From: a virus
DNA: 31,215 nt
Strand: one strand, 5' to 3'
Virus record (IMG/VR): IMGVR_UViG_3300009703_000006
Span: 1 to 31,215 of that record
Part shown: in pieces, positions 16,577 through 24,648 of the stretch
Numbering within the stretch: the stretch's first letter is position 1
Layout of the letters: each line of letters starts with the position of its first letter
Made by a program: the position numbers and the translations under genes
Notes under the pieces: generated by a model
Seen by the model: only the letters and a program-made list of their open reading frames with translations
Databases searched by the model: none
What the model was told of the DNA's origin: nothing

Positions 16577-16594
16577 TAACAGATAAGAATTAAT

Positions 16595-17791
16595 TTAACG
16601 AATTGCATACCATCCACGATTATGTTGTTTTAAATGGATCAAAGCTACATAACGCAAAGCATCCAGCAAGTGATTAAACTTATCAACAGGCTTTTGTAAG
16701 CTATTTCCATACTTGTCAGTAGCCCATTTATAAGACCTAAACTCCTTTTTTAAATTACTGCTATTAACAACATTTATTTTAAAACGCTTTAATATGTCTA
16801 TTCCATTTAATATACTATCCTTACCTTTAACTGCTGGTTTGCTGTTTAAACCAAGCCTATATAGTTCTTCAATGCTTTTAGGTTCAGCACTATCACAAAT
16901 CACTTCAGCTCTACCTACAATTGGTTTAAGCCTATCTGCCAAGTCCTGGTTAGTTAATCCTTTTTCGTATAGTATTTCTTTTAAATACAATTCATCACCT
17001 AACCTATAAACACCAACACAAGCAGAAGGATCAAGACTATATCCAAAGTCAAGTCCATAGGCTATTAACTTACAATCAGGCATTGTATTAACAAAGCTTA
17101 CATTCTCATATACTAAGCCACTTATATTTCCATACTCACCTAATCCGTATATCTTCCAAAATTCTTTATCAGTATGCTGTAAGTATTCTATTTCTTTAAC
17201 TAAGCTTTCAGGCAGGAAGGTATTATCTTTATAGTTACTTACTATCACCTCAACATCACCAACCTCATTAGAACGCTTTATTTCAAGTTCTTGGTTTATC
17301 CATACTTGCTCATCATCAGGATTGAAGTCTACAAATATCTTGTTTTCTGTTCTCATAAGTAGCTGAAAAAACTCTTGCTTGTATTCAAGTTCATTGGCTT
17401 CATTACAATACAATATGTTTCTTTTAGCACCTCTAAGCTTCTGCTGGTCATCAGCACCTATAAACTCAACCAACCTATTTCTAAACTTAAATGTTTTCTT
17501 AGTCTTGTTGTGTTCTATCTTATCATACCAATTGCTGTTTTTAAGTATTTCAATAAAGTCTCTTATTATTGTGCCATCTAAATTAGTACGATACTTTCTT
17601 ACACTTGTCCACACGCCTTCATATAGGTATTGACCTTCACCATAGTTGCCTGTAATAAGCCACAAGGCACATAATTGATTAATTGAATAAGTTTTGCTTG
17701 ATCTTGTACCACCTCGATTAACTACAATCTTCTTATCAGTATCATAGTTGCGTTCAAATATCTCGGTGCAGTCAATGGTCAGTTCTTCCAT
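16595..17791 (-). CDS. terL: Terminase large subunit (PBSX/Terminase_3-like), 398 aa
   Basis: N-terminal ATPase with P-loop-like VNRGGTRSSKTYS, Walker B-like ILYCNEANE, and a C-terminal nuclease-like half. Follows terS with a 20-nt overlap. Confidence 0.85.
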   Translation of the reverse strand: MEELTIDCTEIFERNYDTDKKIVVNRGGTRSSKTYSINQLCALWLITGNYGEGQYLYEGVWTSVRKYRTNLDGTIIRDFIEILKNSNWYDKIEHNKTKKTFKFRNRLVEFIGADDQQKLRGAKRNILYCNEANELEYKQEFFQLLMRTENKIFVDFNPDDEQVWINQELEIKRSNEVGDVEVIVSNYKDNTFLPESLVKEIEYLQHTDKEFWKIYGLGEYGNISGLVYENVSFVNTMPDCKLIAYGLDFGYSLDPSACVGVYRLGDELYLKEILYEKGLTNQDLADRLKPIVGRAEVICDSAEPKSIEELYRLGLNSKPAVKGKDSILNGIDILKRFKINVVNSSNLKKEFRSYKWATDKYGNSLQKPVDKFNHLLDALRYVALIHLKQHNRGWYAIR

Positions 17792-18251
17792 TTCTGTTTA
17801 TAACTACTTGTATTTCTCTTATTGTTTGGTCTATTTGTGCTTTGTCAGGTTCATTCAATCCAAACATCTTAGCCAAGCTGTCATAAGCACCACGATAATC
17901 TGAACCTTTAACCATTTCTTTAAGCAAATAAAACTTCTGCTTTTCATCCTTAGTTAGTTCTTCTTTACTTGCTAACTGCATTAATGACCTCCAAGCTTGT
18001 ATGATTTCTAAGTAGCCTTTGGCCACGTCTGAACGTGTTATTTCAAATTGCTTTGCTTGTTTTTCTTGTAGCTCGGCAATAGTTGTACTTATGTTATCCT
18101 GAGCCAAGAGGTGACTTGCTTTGACTTTAATTGTTTCAATCTTAGTATTAACACCAACATCATAAGCACGTCTATACGCTTCTGAGCCGTTGCCTGTATT
18201 GACATACTCTTCAGCGAATTTTCTTTGCTTAGGTGTTAGTTTCTTACTCAT
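17772..18251 (-). CDS. terS: Terminase small subunit (Terminase_2-like), 159 aa
   Basis: The N-terminus MSKKLTPKQRKFAEEYVNTGNGSEAYRRAYDVG matches the conserved HTH start of this family. Lies directly upstream of terL. Confidence 0.8.
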   Translation of the reverse strand: MSKKLTPKQRKFAEEYVNTGNGSEAYRRAYDVGVNTKIETIKVKASHLLAQDNISTTIAELQEKQAKQFEITRSDVAKGYLEIIQAWRSLMQLASKEELTKDEKQKFYLLKEMVKGSDYRGAYDSLAKMFGLNEPDKAQIDQTIREIQVVINRNGRTDH

Positions 18252-18663
18252 TTATATATATTTCTTTTTGGTGTGCATATTCATATAGTTCTGTTAATTC
18301 TTGACCAGATAATGTATAATATAAATTTTGTAATTGGTGTAGATATTTGCAATTTATATTCCAATCTACAACATTAACTCTCCACTCATTATTAATATAA
18401 TTGTCAGAAGTTAAATGAAGGTCAAATTCATTTGGTATTTGTAATTTATACCAATATTTATCTTTATATTCTACTTTTTTAAATCCAGCTTTTATAATCC
18501 AATCTTCATTTATTTCTATTGGCTCAAATTCTTCAATAGTATAACCTATTTCATTAGTTTCTAATACTTCTGTGTTTTGTATTGCTGTTATAAATTCAAC
18601 TGTATTAGTGTTTTTGTTTCTGACTAAATTATGTAGTCTTAATTCTTTGTTGTTTACTTTCAT
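18244..18663 (-). CDS. Hypothetical protein, 139 aa
   Basis: ORF track. Overlaps terS by 8 nt. Confidence 0.55.
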   Translation of the reverse strand: MKVNNKELRLHNLVRNKNTNTVEFITAIQNTEVLETNEIGYTIEEFEPIEINEDWIIKAGFKKVEYKDKYWYKLQIPNEFDLHLTSDNYINNEWRVNVVDWNINCKYLHQLQNLYYTLSGQELTELYEYAHQKEIYINE

Positions 18664-18678
18664 TTTAATTGTTTTTAT

Positions 18679-18837
18679 TTATTCATACTTTAGTTTTATT
18701 TCTGCTCTTACATTTTTAGCTCTACTGCTATATGGTCTTAATATAATAGCTTCCAAATCATCTTTAATATGCTCTAATTCCTTTTCGGCAATTAGCTTTT
18801 TATGTTTTAACCTTTGGTAGCTACTTATCCTTTTCAT
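18679..18837 (-). CDS. Small ORF, 52 aa (MKRISSYQRLKHKKLIAEKELEHIKDDLEAIILRPYSSRAKNVRAEIKLKYE)
   Basis: Manual translation. Fills most of the 18664-18875 gap on the coding strand. Confidence 0.4.
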   Translation of the reverse strand: MKRISSYQRLKHKKLIAEKELEHIKDDLEAIILRPYSSRAKNVRAEIKLKYE

Positions 18838-18875
18838 ATTGTTTAATTAAGTCTTTTACCCATTTTGGATATTCT

Positions 18876-19133
18876 CTATTGCTTTCTTGTATTACTTGCA
18901 ATTGAGCTATTAACCAAGAACTTTTGTATTTGCCTTTTGTCCTTTCTATTAATTCTTGTTGTAGTATTTCGATCAATTGGCAAAGGTTCACTATTATTAA
19001 TTACATTTAATATAAAACTATCAGGCAAGTATCTTAGTCTTTGTTTCATAGCTATATATAAAACAAATGTGTTGACTGCTTTACTGCCAAACTTCTGCTT
19101 CTGTTCTTTTATTTCATTAGCAGATAGTTTCAT
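18876..19133 (-). CDS. Hypothetical protein, 85 aa
   Basis: The minus-strand ORF is preferred over the overlapping plus ORF 18865..19155 because all other genes are on the minus strand and it is start/stop-coupled to its neighbour. Confidence 0.5.
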   Translation of the reverse strand: MKLSANEIKEQKQKFGSKAVNTFVLYIAMKQRLRYLPDSFILNVINNSEPLPIDRNTTTRINRKDKRQIQKFLVNSSIASNTRKQ

Positions 19134-19267
19134 TCAATATCAGCAAGGTCATTAGTATCTACCTTAAACTTCTTGCCACCACTATTGCTATGGCTTACCA
19201 AAGCATATTTAGAGGTCAAGTGTTTAATGTAAACCTTGTTGCCTTTATATGTTAATCTTCTTTTCAT
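19130..19267 (-). CDS. Small ORF, 45 aa (MKRRLTYKGNKVYIKHLTSKYALVSHSNSGGKKFKVDTNDLADIE)
   Basis: Manual translation. ATGA overlap with the start of the 85-aa gene. Confidence 0.4.
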   Translation of the reverse strand: MKRRLTYKGNKVYIKHLTSKYALVSHSNSGGKKFKVDTNDLADIE

Positions 19268-19277
19268 TAAGTCAGTA

Positions 19278-19481
19278 TCAAAATTGTTCATCCAGTTCAT
19301 CATCTTCAATAGGTATATAACATAAGTGTAATAAGTTCAAGCCAACAAAATCTGTACTAATATCAGCTACACCATTAATATCAAAGCTTTCAAGTATTTC
19401 ACCATTCTTTTCACTTTTGAAATACAAGCCATCTTCATCAATATAGTAGCCATAAATGATCTTATTTTTTAGCTTTGGCAC
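19278..19481 (-). CDS. Hypothetical protein, 67 aa
   Basis: ORF track. Acidic C-terminus. Confidence 0.5.
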   Translation of the reverse strand: MPKLKNKIIYGYYIDEDGLYFKSEKNGEILESFDINGVADISTDFVGLNLLHLCYIPIEDDELDEQF

Positions 19482-19749
19482 TTCTTTTCTTTTTTTTAGG
19501 TTTAGGTTTTATTTGTTCAGCTTTTTTAATTGCTTCTTGCTTTTTAAGTTCTGCTTGTTTTCTATCATACCAACCTATTAGCATATTCATATAGTTTTTC
19601 ATACAATTTGAACAAGCCCAATTGATATTAATGTTGCTATCCATTTGCTTTAGGATAGGATTAAAGTTGTCTTTAAGCCAATTTAAATGGCATTTAGAAG
19701 GCAATGCTCTAACCTTCTTATAAGTTAATATAATTTCTTCAATAGTCAT
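19462..19749 (-). CDS. Hypothetical protein, 95 aa, with a strongly basic C-terminal tail
   Basis: ORF track. Contains ...WACSNCMKNYMNML... and ends in KPKPKKKKRSAKAKK. Confidence 0.5.
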   Translation of the reverse strand: MTIEEIILTYKKVRALPSKCHLNWLKDNFNPILKQMDSNININWACSNCMKNYMNMLIGWYDRKQAELKKQEAIKKAEQIKPKPKKKKRSAKAKK

Positions 19750-19970
19750 AATAAACGTCTTTCAATTATTCTTAATAATAAAGGTGTGACCATTACAGCC
19801 ACACCATCAAACAAAACATATGAAAAAAGACTTATCCAAAAGGATAAGCAGAAAGAACAGTTGAATGGTTTAAAATCTAACCATCTAACCATAGGTATAA
19901 AGTAGTCAACAAAAGTAGTTGTAATACTTATGATCACAAATATAATAATAATTTCATCCATAAAATTCAT
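19746..19970 (-). CDS. Small integral membrane protein, 74 aa (DUF1360-like?)
   Basis: Hydrophobic segments IIIIFVIISITTTFVDYFI, FCLSFWISLFSYVLF and VAVMVTPLLL. The KPFNCSFCLSFW motif resembles DUF1360. Confidence 0.5.
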   Translation of the reverse strand: MNFMDEIIIIFVIISITTTFVDYFIPMVRWLDFKPFNCSFCLSFWISLFSYVLFDGVAVMVTPLLLRIIERRLL

Positions 19971-20442
19971 TTATTTGCCAATTTTCTTTTATTTTTTTAT
20001 TTAATCTATCTATCATTTTCAATAATGATGTATAGTGTATCTTGCTTTTCTTAGCAAATATTGTTCTTATACCTCTACATTCTATCAATTGTTGCAATAA
20101 TATCTTATCAATGCCATCCAAACTATTAACCAGGTCTTGGAGCTTTTCTTCTTTAAAGCATTCATTCTTGTATGTTTCTAAGCCATTTAAACTATTAAAT
20201 GAGTTAGGTAGTATGTAAGTCCTATAATATGGACTGTTAACACTTAGCAATTGATATATTGATACTTTATAAATGTATGCTTTCAGCTTATCATTTGCTT
20301 GTAGTTCAAGAATAAAGTCATCACCTTTTTCAAACAATGCTAAAAATACCTCTTGCACATAATCATCCAAGTAAGGTACATTATAATGTTTGCCAATATT
20401 TTCAATATAATTTCTAAGTGTATTGATCTGCATTGGCAACAT
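19954..20442 (-). CDS. ECF-type sigma-70 family factor, 162 aa
   Basis: Region-2-like DDYVQEVFLALFEKG...YIYKVSIYQLL and a region-4-like HTH near the C-terminus (IRTIFAKKSKIHYTSLLKMIDRLNKKIK). Confidence 0.55.
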   Translation of the reverse strand: MLPMQINTLRNYIENIGKHYNVPYLDDYVQEVFLALFEKGDDFILELQANDKLKAYIYKVSIYQLLSVNSPYYRTYILPNSFNSLNGLETYKNECFKEEKLQDLVNSLDGIDKILLQQLIECRGIRTIFAKKSKIHYTSLLKMIDRLNKKIKENWQINEFYG

Positions 20443-20452
20443 ATATACAAAA

Positions 20453-20797
20453 TTAATAATTTTTTTCTACATTATGTATTTCACTTTTCAAGAAGCTTAT
20501 GTTTGTTCTCATTGCATCACATACTCTATAACCACTTTCAAGCAACCTTCGGAGCTTATACATTTCAGGGACTTCCACATTAGCCTCATTGGTTGCTCTT
20601 GCTACACTAAAGCCTTCAGCTACTTTGTTATGTATTACTGCTTCATAATCTTGGTGTGCTTTTGTTCTTAATGTTTCTATATAATATAAACGTGCTGTTA
20701 GTTCTTTTAGTTGCTTGTTTAGTGTCTTGCCATCCATTATACTTGTTTCATTGTATTGTTCTATAATGGTTGCTATTTGTTCTAATACTTCATTCAT
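20453..20797 (-). CDS. Hypothetical protein, 114 aa
   Basis: ORF track. Mostly helical in character. Confidence 0.5.
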   Translation of the reverse strand: MNEVLEQIATIIEQYNETSIMDGKTLNKQLKELTARLYYIETLRTKAHQDYEAVIHNKVAEGFSVARATNEANVEVPEMYKLRRLLESGYRVCDAMRTNISFLKSEIHNVEKNY

Positions 20798-21137
20798 TTC
20801 TCAAGTCCTCCAATTCTTTTAATATGTTTAAAAAATCTTCAAATTCCAATGCTATATATTCTCTTTCAAAGTTCTTGGTAAATACTACTACTGGCATTGT
20901 TCTTTGTGGTGCATCATTTCTTGACTGCTCAAGTGCCTTCCAAATGTTTAGCTTTTCTTGGTTCTTACATTCAAAACTAAATTCACTTATTATGCTGTTG
21001 TCATCAATGCAAATAATGTCGCCTTTAAAATTCATACCACCACTTAATGGAGTTCTTCGCACATTGGTTTCAAACTTCTTGTTGATTTGTTTGGCTACTT
21101 GCCTTTCAAACCTATTGCCTTTTTGTTTTGCATTCAT
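20790..21137 (-). CDS. Hjc-like Holliday junction resolvase (PD-(D/E)xK), 115 aa
   Basis: KGNRFERQVAKQI...RTPLSGG...GDIICID...FSFECKNQEK matches the KG-x-x-ER ... D ... E-x-K layout of archaeal-type resolvases. Confidence 0.6.
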   Translation of the reverse strand: MNAKQKGNRFERQVAKQINKKFETNVRRTPLSGGMNFKGDIICIDDNSIISEFSFECKNQEKLNIWKALEQSRNDAPQRTMPVVVFTKNFEREYIALEFEDFLNILKELEDLRNE

Positions 21138-21149
21138 CTTCTTTTTGTT

Positions 21150-21236
21150 TTATTCATTTATTTTCATTCCTGCCAATACACCAAACACAAAGCATATAGC
21201 ACAAGCTAAAGTTATTAATATATATATTTCAGTCAT
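21150..21236 (-). CDS. Tiny hydrophobic ORF, 28 aa (MTEIYILITLACAICFVFGVLAGMKINE)
   Basis: Manual translation. Its start overlaps the end of the 87-aa gene and it fills the gap before the resolvase gene. Confidence 0.3.
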   Translation of the reverse strand: MTEIYILITLACAICFVFGVLAGMKINE

Positions 21237-21492
21237 TTAAAAATTGTTTTAAGTCCTTAACTTCTTTTTTTAATATAGCATTATCTAACATTAACTTACT
21301 GTTTTGTGCTTTAAGCTGTCTTATTTCATACTCTAAAGCTTCTGTGTAGTTGTGTAGCTCATTAATGTATTCAAGTGTTTCAGTAAGTATTTTAAGGCTT
21401 TCTAATTGCTTCTTTGTCTTGCTTTGCTCTTTGGCTTTTAACACAAGAATGTGAAACTTGTTTTTAGTTAATATTGCTTTTAATTGATCCAT
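21229..21492 (-). CDS. Coiled-coil protein, 87 aa
   Basis: ORF track. Heptad-like Leu/Lys/Glu-rich sequence. Confidence 0.5.
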   Translation of the reverse strand: MDQLKAILTKNKFHILVLKAKEQSKTKKQLESLKILTETLEYINELHNYTEALEYEIRQLKAQNSKLMLDNAILKKEVKDLKQFLND

Positions 21493-22415
21493 TAGTCAAA
21501 TATATTTAATTCATCATTTAGATTATTATTATTTTGTGACAAAGGATTAACACCACCAAGTGTAAAACCTAATCCATTGTTATAATCAAACCTTAATGGC
21601 TCATTTATCATTGTAGGTTCTCCACCTGTTTCTTTATCCTTTATTTTAAGAACATATATTTCACTCATCATAAATAATTGAGGACTTGAAATTAATCTGT
21701 GACATACAATTAAATTATCACACCTATTTGGATATACTTGACCACCTTCACAATCTGCTTTTCTTGGTGGTTGTATGTGTCCATTTAAAATATGGTCTGC
21801 TGGAAATACACGCCTTGCTGCTTCTGTCATTGGATGAATACAAACAAAAATACTTTTACCACTCTTATTGCAAAATTCTCTAATGTCATTGCATATGATA
21901 TAATTTCGTTCAAACTGAGGTATGTTTCTTGGATGGTTCAAGCCCGTGTAGGGATCAATTACACAAATATCTGCATCAGTATCATAGAATATATTTAATA
22001 ATTCTCTATGGCTGTACATTTTAGCATTGTCTATAAACTTAAAATATTTGCTTATTTCTTTATTATAAAATGCAATTTTATTTTTATTAAGTTCATTAAA
22101 CTTTTGACCAAGCCATATTTGAATAATATCTCTTTTTAATTGACCACTTCTATTTTCACCTGACCAAATAATAGACTTCTTATTATTTATTTTAGCTTGG
22201 CATACTAAATACCATAACAACCAGTAAGTCTTACCAACATTATCTAAGCCTAATAATATATTAAATGATGCTTTCTTTAGAACAAAGTGCTTATCTAAGT
22301 CAGGTAAATTAACTCCAAGACCTTGTTTGATCTTGCCTTCTTTATAGGCTATCAAATATTTTAATGCTTTTTTATCTTCTTCAATCATTGGTAAGCAACT
22401 TTTTAACATCATCAC
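21492..22415 (-). CDS. DnaB/RepA-like P-loop ATPase (putative replicative helicase), 307 aa
   Basis: Walker A GLDNVGKT, Walker B-like ADICVIDPY and IFVCIHP. Lies downstream of the DUF1376 gene. The true start may be the internal Met at 22388. Confidence 0.55.
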   Translation of the reverse strand: MMMLKSCLPMIEEDKKALKYLIAYKEGKIKQGLGVNLPDLDKHFVLKKASFNILLGLDNVGKTYWLLWYLVCQAKINNKKSIIWSGENRSGQLKRDIIQIWLGQKFNELNKNKIAFYNKEISKYFKFIDNAKMYSHRELLNIFYDTDADICVIDPYTGLNHPRNIPQFERNYIICNDIREFCNKSGKSIFVCIHPMTEAARRVFPADHILNGHIQPPRKADCEGGQVYPNRCDNLIVCHRLISSPQLFMMSEIYVLKIKDKETGGEPTMINEPLRFDYNNGLGFTLGGVNPLSQNNNNLNDELNIFD

Positions 22416-22773
22416 TTACTTTCAGAAGATTATTATTAGCATAATTATCTTTTAATTTGTTGGCTTTAGCTTTGCCACCTTTACTGCCATTCTCAGCATT
22501 TATCTTGCTTCTTGTTTTAAATTGGCTGTGTTGTTCGTCTAAGAATTTAATCTTTATTTGACCATCTACAATTTTAAATAGGTTCAAGTCTATTAGTTGT
22601 TGGTAATGGTTAGGTATAATCATTTTAAGCTGTTCTAAAGGCACTTGACAATTCTTTGACCAGTAATAGCAACAAGCTCTAATATAAGCACCTTGCAAGT
22701 CTAATTCCATAAAAGAGATTGTTCCTGTAATCCATTGATTAGGATAGAATTTAAAAAATGGTAGTTCTTTCAT
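22381..22773 (-). CDS. DUF1376-family replication-associated protein, 130 aa
   Basis: The N-terminus LPFFKFYPNQWITGTISFMELDLQGAYIRACCYYW matches the DUF1376 signature. Confidence 0.6.
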   Translation of the reverse strand: MKELPFFKFYPNQWITGTISFMELDLQGAYIRACCYYWSKNCQVPLEQLKMIIPNHYQQLIDLNLFKIVDGQIKIKFLDEQHSQFKTRSKINAENGSKGGKAKANKLKDNYANNNLLKVSDDVKKLLTND

Positions 22774-22783
22774 AGTTTTGTTT

Positions 22784-23146
22784 TTATAAACTTAAAAAAT
22801 TAATTAATTCAGTTTCACTTATTTCTTTATTATTTAAAAAACACTTACCATCTTCAAAGCTTGTATTCTCAAAAACTATTAAATGAAAGCCTAAATAAGT
22901 CCAATCATCATCAACACCTTTTATCATCCAATTATTAATCTTATTCCACATCATTTTTTGCCCTTTTCTTGGATAACTATTTCTTGATTTGAGTTCTAAC
23001 ATTATTACTTTTTTAGTTTTCCAATTCCATAAAATAAAATCAATATCACTTGCAGAAAATCCTGTATTTGAGTCAGGTAAATTATTTCTTATCCAATTAT
23101 TAAAAGTTAAATCTCTTATACCGGTAATTTCTTTTCTTGTTGGCAT
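22784..23146 (-). CDS. Small protein with a possible PD-(D/E)xK nuclease core, 120 aa
   Basis: SASDIDFILWNWKTKKVIMLELKS fits a D...(E)xK spacing. Its start overlaps the methyltransferase gene by 31 nt. Weak, motif-only call. Confidence 0.3.
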   Translation of the reverse strand: MPTRKEITGIRDLTFNNWIRNNLPDSNTGFSASDIDFILWNWKTKKVIMLELKSRNSYPRKGQKMMWNKINNWMIKGVDDDWTYLGFHLIVFENTSFEDGKCFLNNKEISETELINFLSL

Positions 23147-24336
23147 ATCATTTCTTTTGCAATATTAAAAGTCTTTTCATCTATTTCAGCAGCTATTATA
23201 TTTCTTTTCTTTTCTTTAGCTGCAATTATTGTAGTACCACCACCAGCAAATGGTTCTAATATTAATTCATTTGGCTTTGTAAACATTTCAATTAAATATC
23301 CTACGCCACTTTTACTTTGTTGCCAATTGTGTGCTTGTTTTTCTCTTTGTTCTGAAATAAAATAATCTTGAATTGTATTGTTTATTTTTTTCTTTCCATT
23401 TTGAAATATTAAAACTGGTTTCCATCTACACATTAAATTAACACCATTAACTATTTGTGTTTGTCCTTCGTGATACATTGCAAAAGTCCAATAATAATCT
23501 AAATGTTCATTCATTCTTTTCATTACTTCAGGTAAATTCATTTGACCACTATAAGCAATACAAAAACCATTTGGCTTTAATACTCTTTTTGCAAATCTTG
23601 AAAGCTTAGACCAGCATTCAATATACTCTTTTGGATAAGGTGGATCAGTAATAATACAATCAATTGAATTATCTTCAATGTCTTTAAATACTTTTTCAAA
23701 GTCACCAAGTCTAAAATCAATATCAATTTCTTTATCTTTGCCTTGCTCAGCTAATATTTTTCTTTCTTCTTTTATAGCTTCTTTCTTTTCTTCTTTCTTT
23801 ATTTCTTTATAAGCAGCATTAATACTTACTTCACCAGTTCTAAGCTTTTGCTTTGTTTCTTCAGGTGCTTTTTCTTGTATCTTTTTTACTTTGGCTATTG
23901 TGTCGTGTGAAACTGCTGCTACTTTAGAAAGTTCTTTTCTTGTTTCTATTGGTTTTGCTTCTGCAGATTTCTGCTTAAGCAATACTCCACCTTGTCCTCC
24001 TTTTTGTTTTTCTTTTGCTTTTGCTTTAAATACATCTTCAAGTTGTAAAGCCAAAACACTTCTTTGATAGTTGCTTAAATTTCTTCTTCCAAATTGGTTT
24101 AATATCATCCACTCTTTTACTGCTTCTTCACTACTAAAACTTTTACTTTCAGTTTCTATTTCTAAGTTCCATTGTTTAGCAATTTTGTATCTATTATGTC
24201 CATCAATAATGTAATTGTTCCAGGTAATTATTTTTTCTCTAATGCCTTCTTCAAGACAATTATTTTCAAGTTGTTTATATTCTTCATTAGTTAATGGTGG
24301 TATAAGGTCTTGAAATTCTTTTAATATTTCCATCAA
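23116..24336 (-). CDS. ParB-like N-terminal domain fused to a beta-class N6-adenine/N4-cytosine DNA methyltransferase, 406 aa
   Basis: ParB motif IIDGHNRYKIA...FGRRNLS. Motif IV DCIITDPPYP precedes motif I EPFAGGGTTIIAA, the order seen in the N6_N4_Mtase family. Confidence 0.85.
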   Translation of the reverse strand: MMEILKEFQDLIPPLTNEEYKQLENNCLEEGIREKIITWNNYIIDGHNRYKIAKQWNLEIETESKSFSSEEAVKEWMILNQFGRRNLSNYQRSVLALQLEDVFKAKAKEKQKGGQGGVLLKQKSAEAKPIETRKELSKVAAVSHDTIAKVKKIQEKAPEETKQKLRTGEVSINAAYKEIKKEEKKEAIKEERKILAEQGKDKEIDIDFRLGDFEKVFKDIEDNSIDCIITDPPYPKEYIECWSKLSRFAKRVLKPNGFCIAYSGQMNLPEVMKRMNEHLDYYWTFAMYHEGQTQIVNGVNLMCRWKPVLIFQNGKKKINNTIQDYFISEQREKQAHNWQQSKSGVGYLIEMFTKPNELILEPFAGGGTTIIAAKEKKRNIIAAEIDEKTFNIAKEMICQQEKKLPV

Positions 24337-24620
24337 TTATTCTTTTTTAAATTATTATAATAAAATTGCTTTTCTCTAAAGCTAAGTTCTTCAAAAGTAT
24401 AGGCTGGTATGTTGCCATAATTAAACTCATTAGTGTAATATGGTTCTTCTTTGCCGTGAAATTTAACTTTCTTAATGTACTTATTTTTGTTTTTTACTAC
24501 ATTATATTTACTTGTTAAATTAGTTTTACTTACACCCCAATTATCAGCAAGTTCAGGTATTGTATAACCTAATATTAATAGTTCTTGTATTAATTCGCTT
24601 AGTTTTTCATTTAACTTCAT
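24333..24620 (-). CDS. HTH-containing small protein, 95 aa
   Basis: The segment YTIPELADNWGVSKTNLTSKYN looks like a helix-turn-helix. Confidence 0.45.
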   Translation of the reverse strand: MKLNEKLSELIQELLILGYTIPELADNWGVSKTNLTSKYNVVKNKNKYIKKVKFHGKEEPYYTNEFNYGNIPAYTFEELSFREKQFYYNNLKKNN

Positions 24621-24648
24621 ACCAACCTCTTTTTTTAAAGTAATCTAT

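Noticed and set aside
16250-16594. A tRNA or other structured RNA gene in the large non-coding region
   Set aside because: I found no cloverleaf-compatible GC-rich stems, no T-loop-like GTTCxAxxC motif and no acceptor-type ends. The region is dominated by short repeats and a homopurine tract.
20770-21240. Plus-strand ORF of 156 aa spanning the resolvase gene region
   Set aside because: It overlaps a minus-strand gene with clear resolvase motifs. The plus-frame protein is low complexity with no motif.
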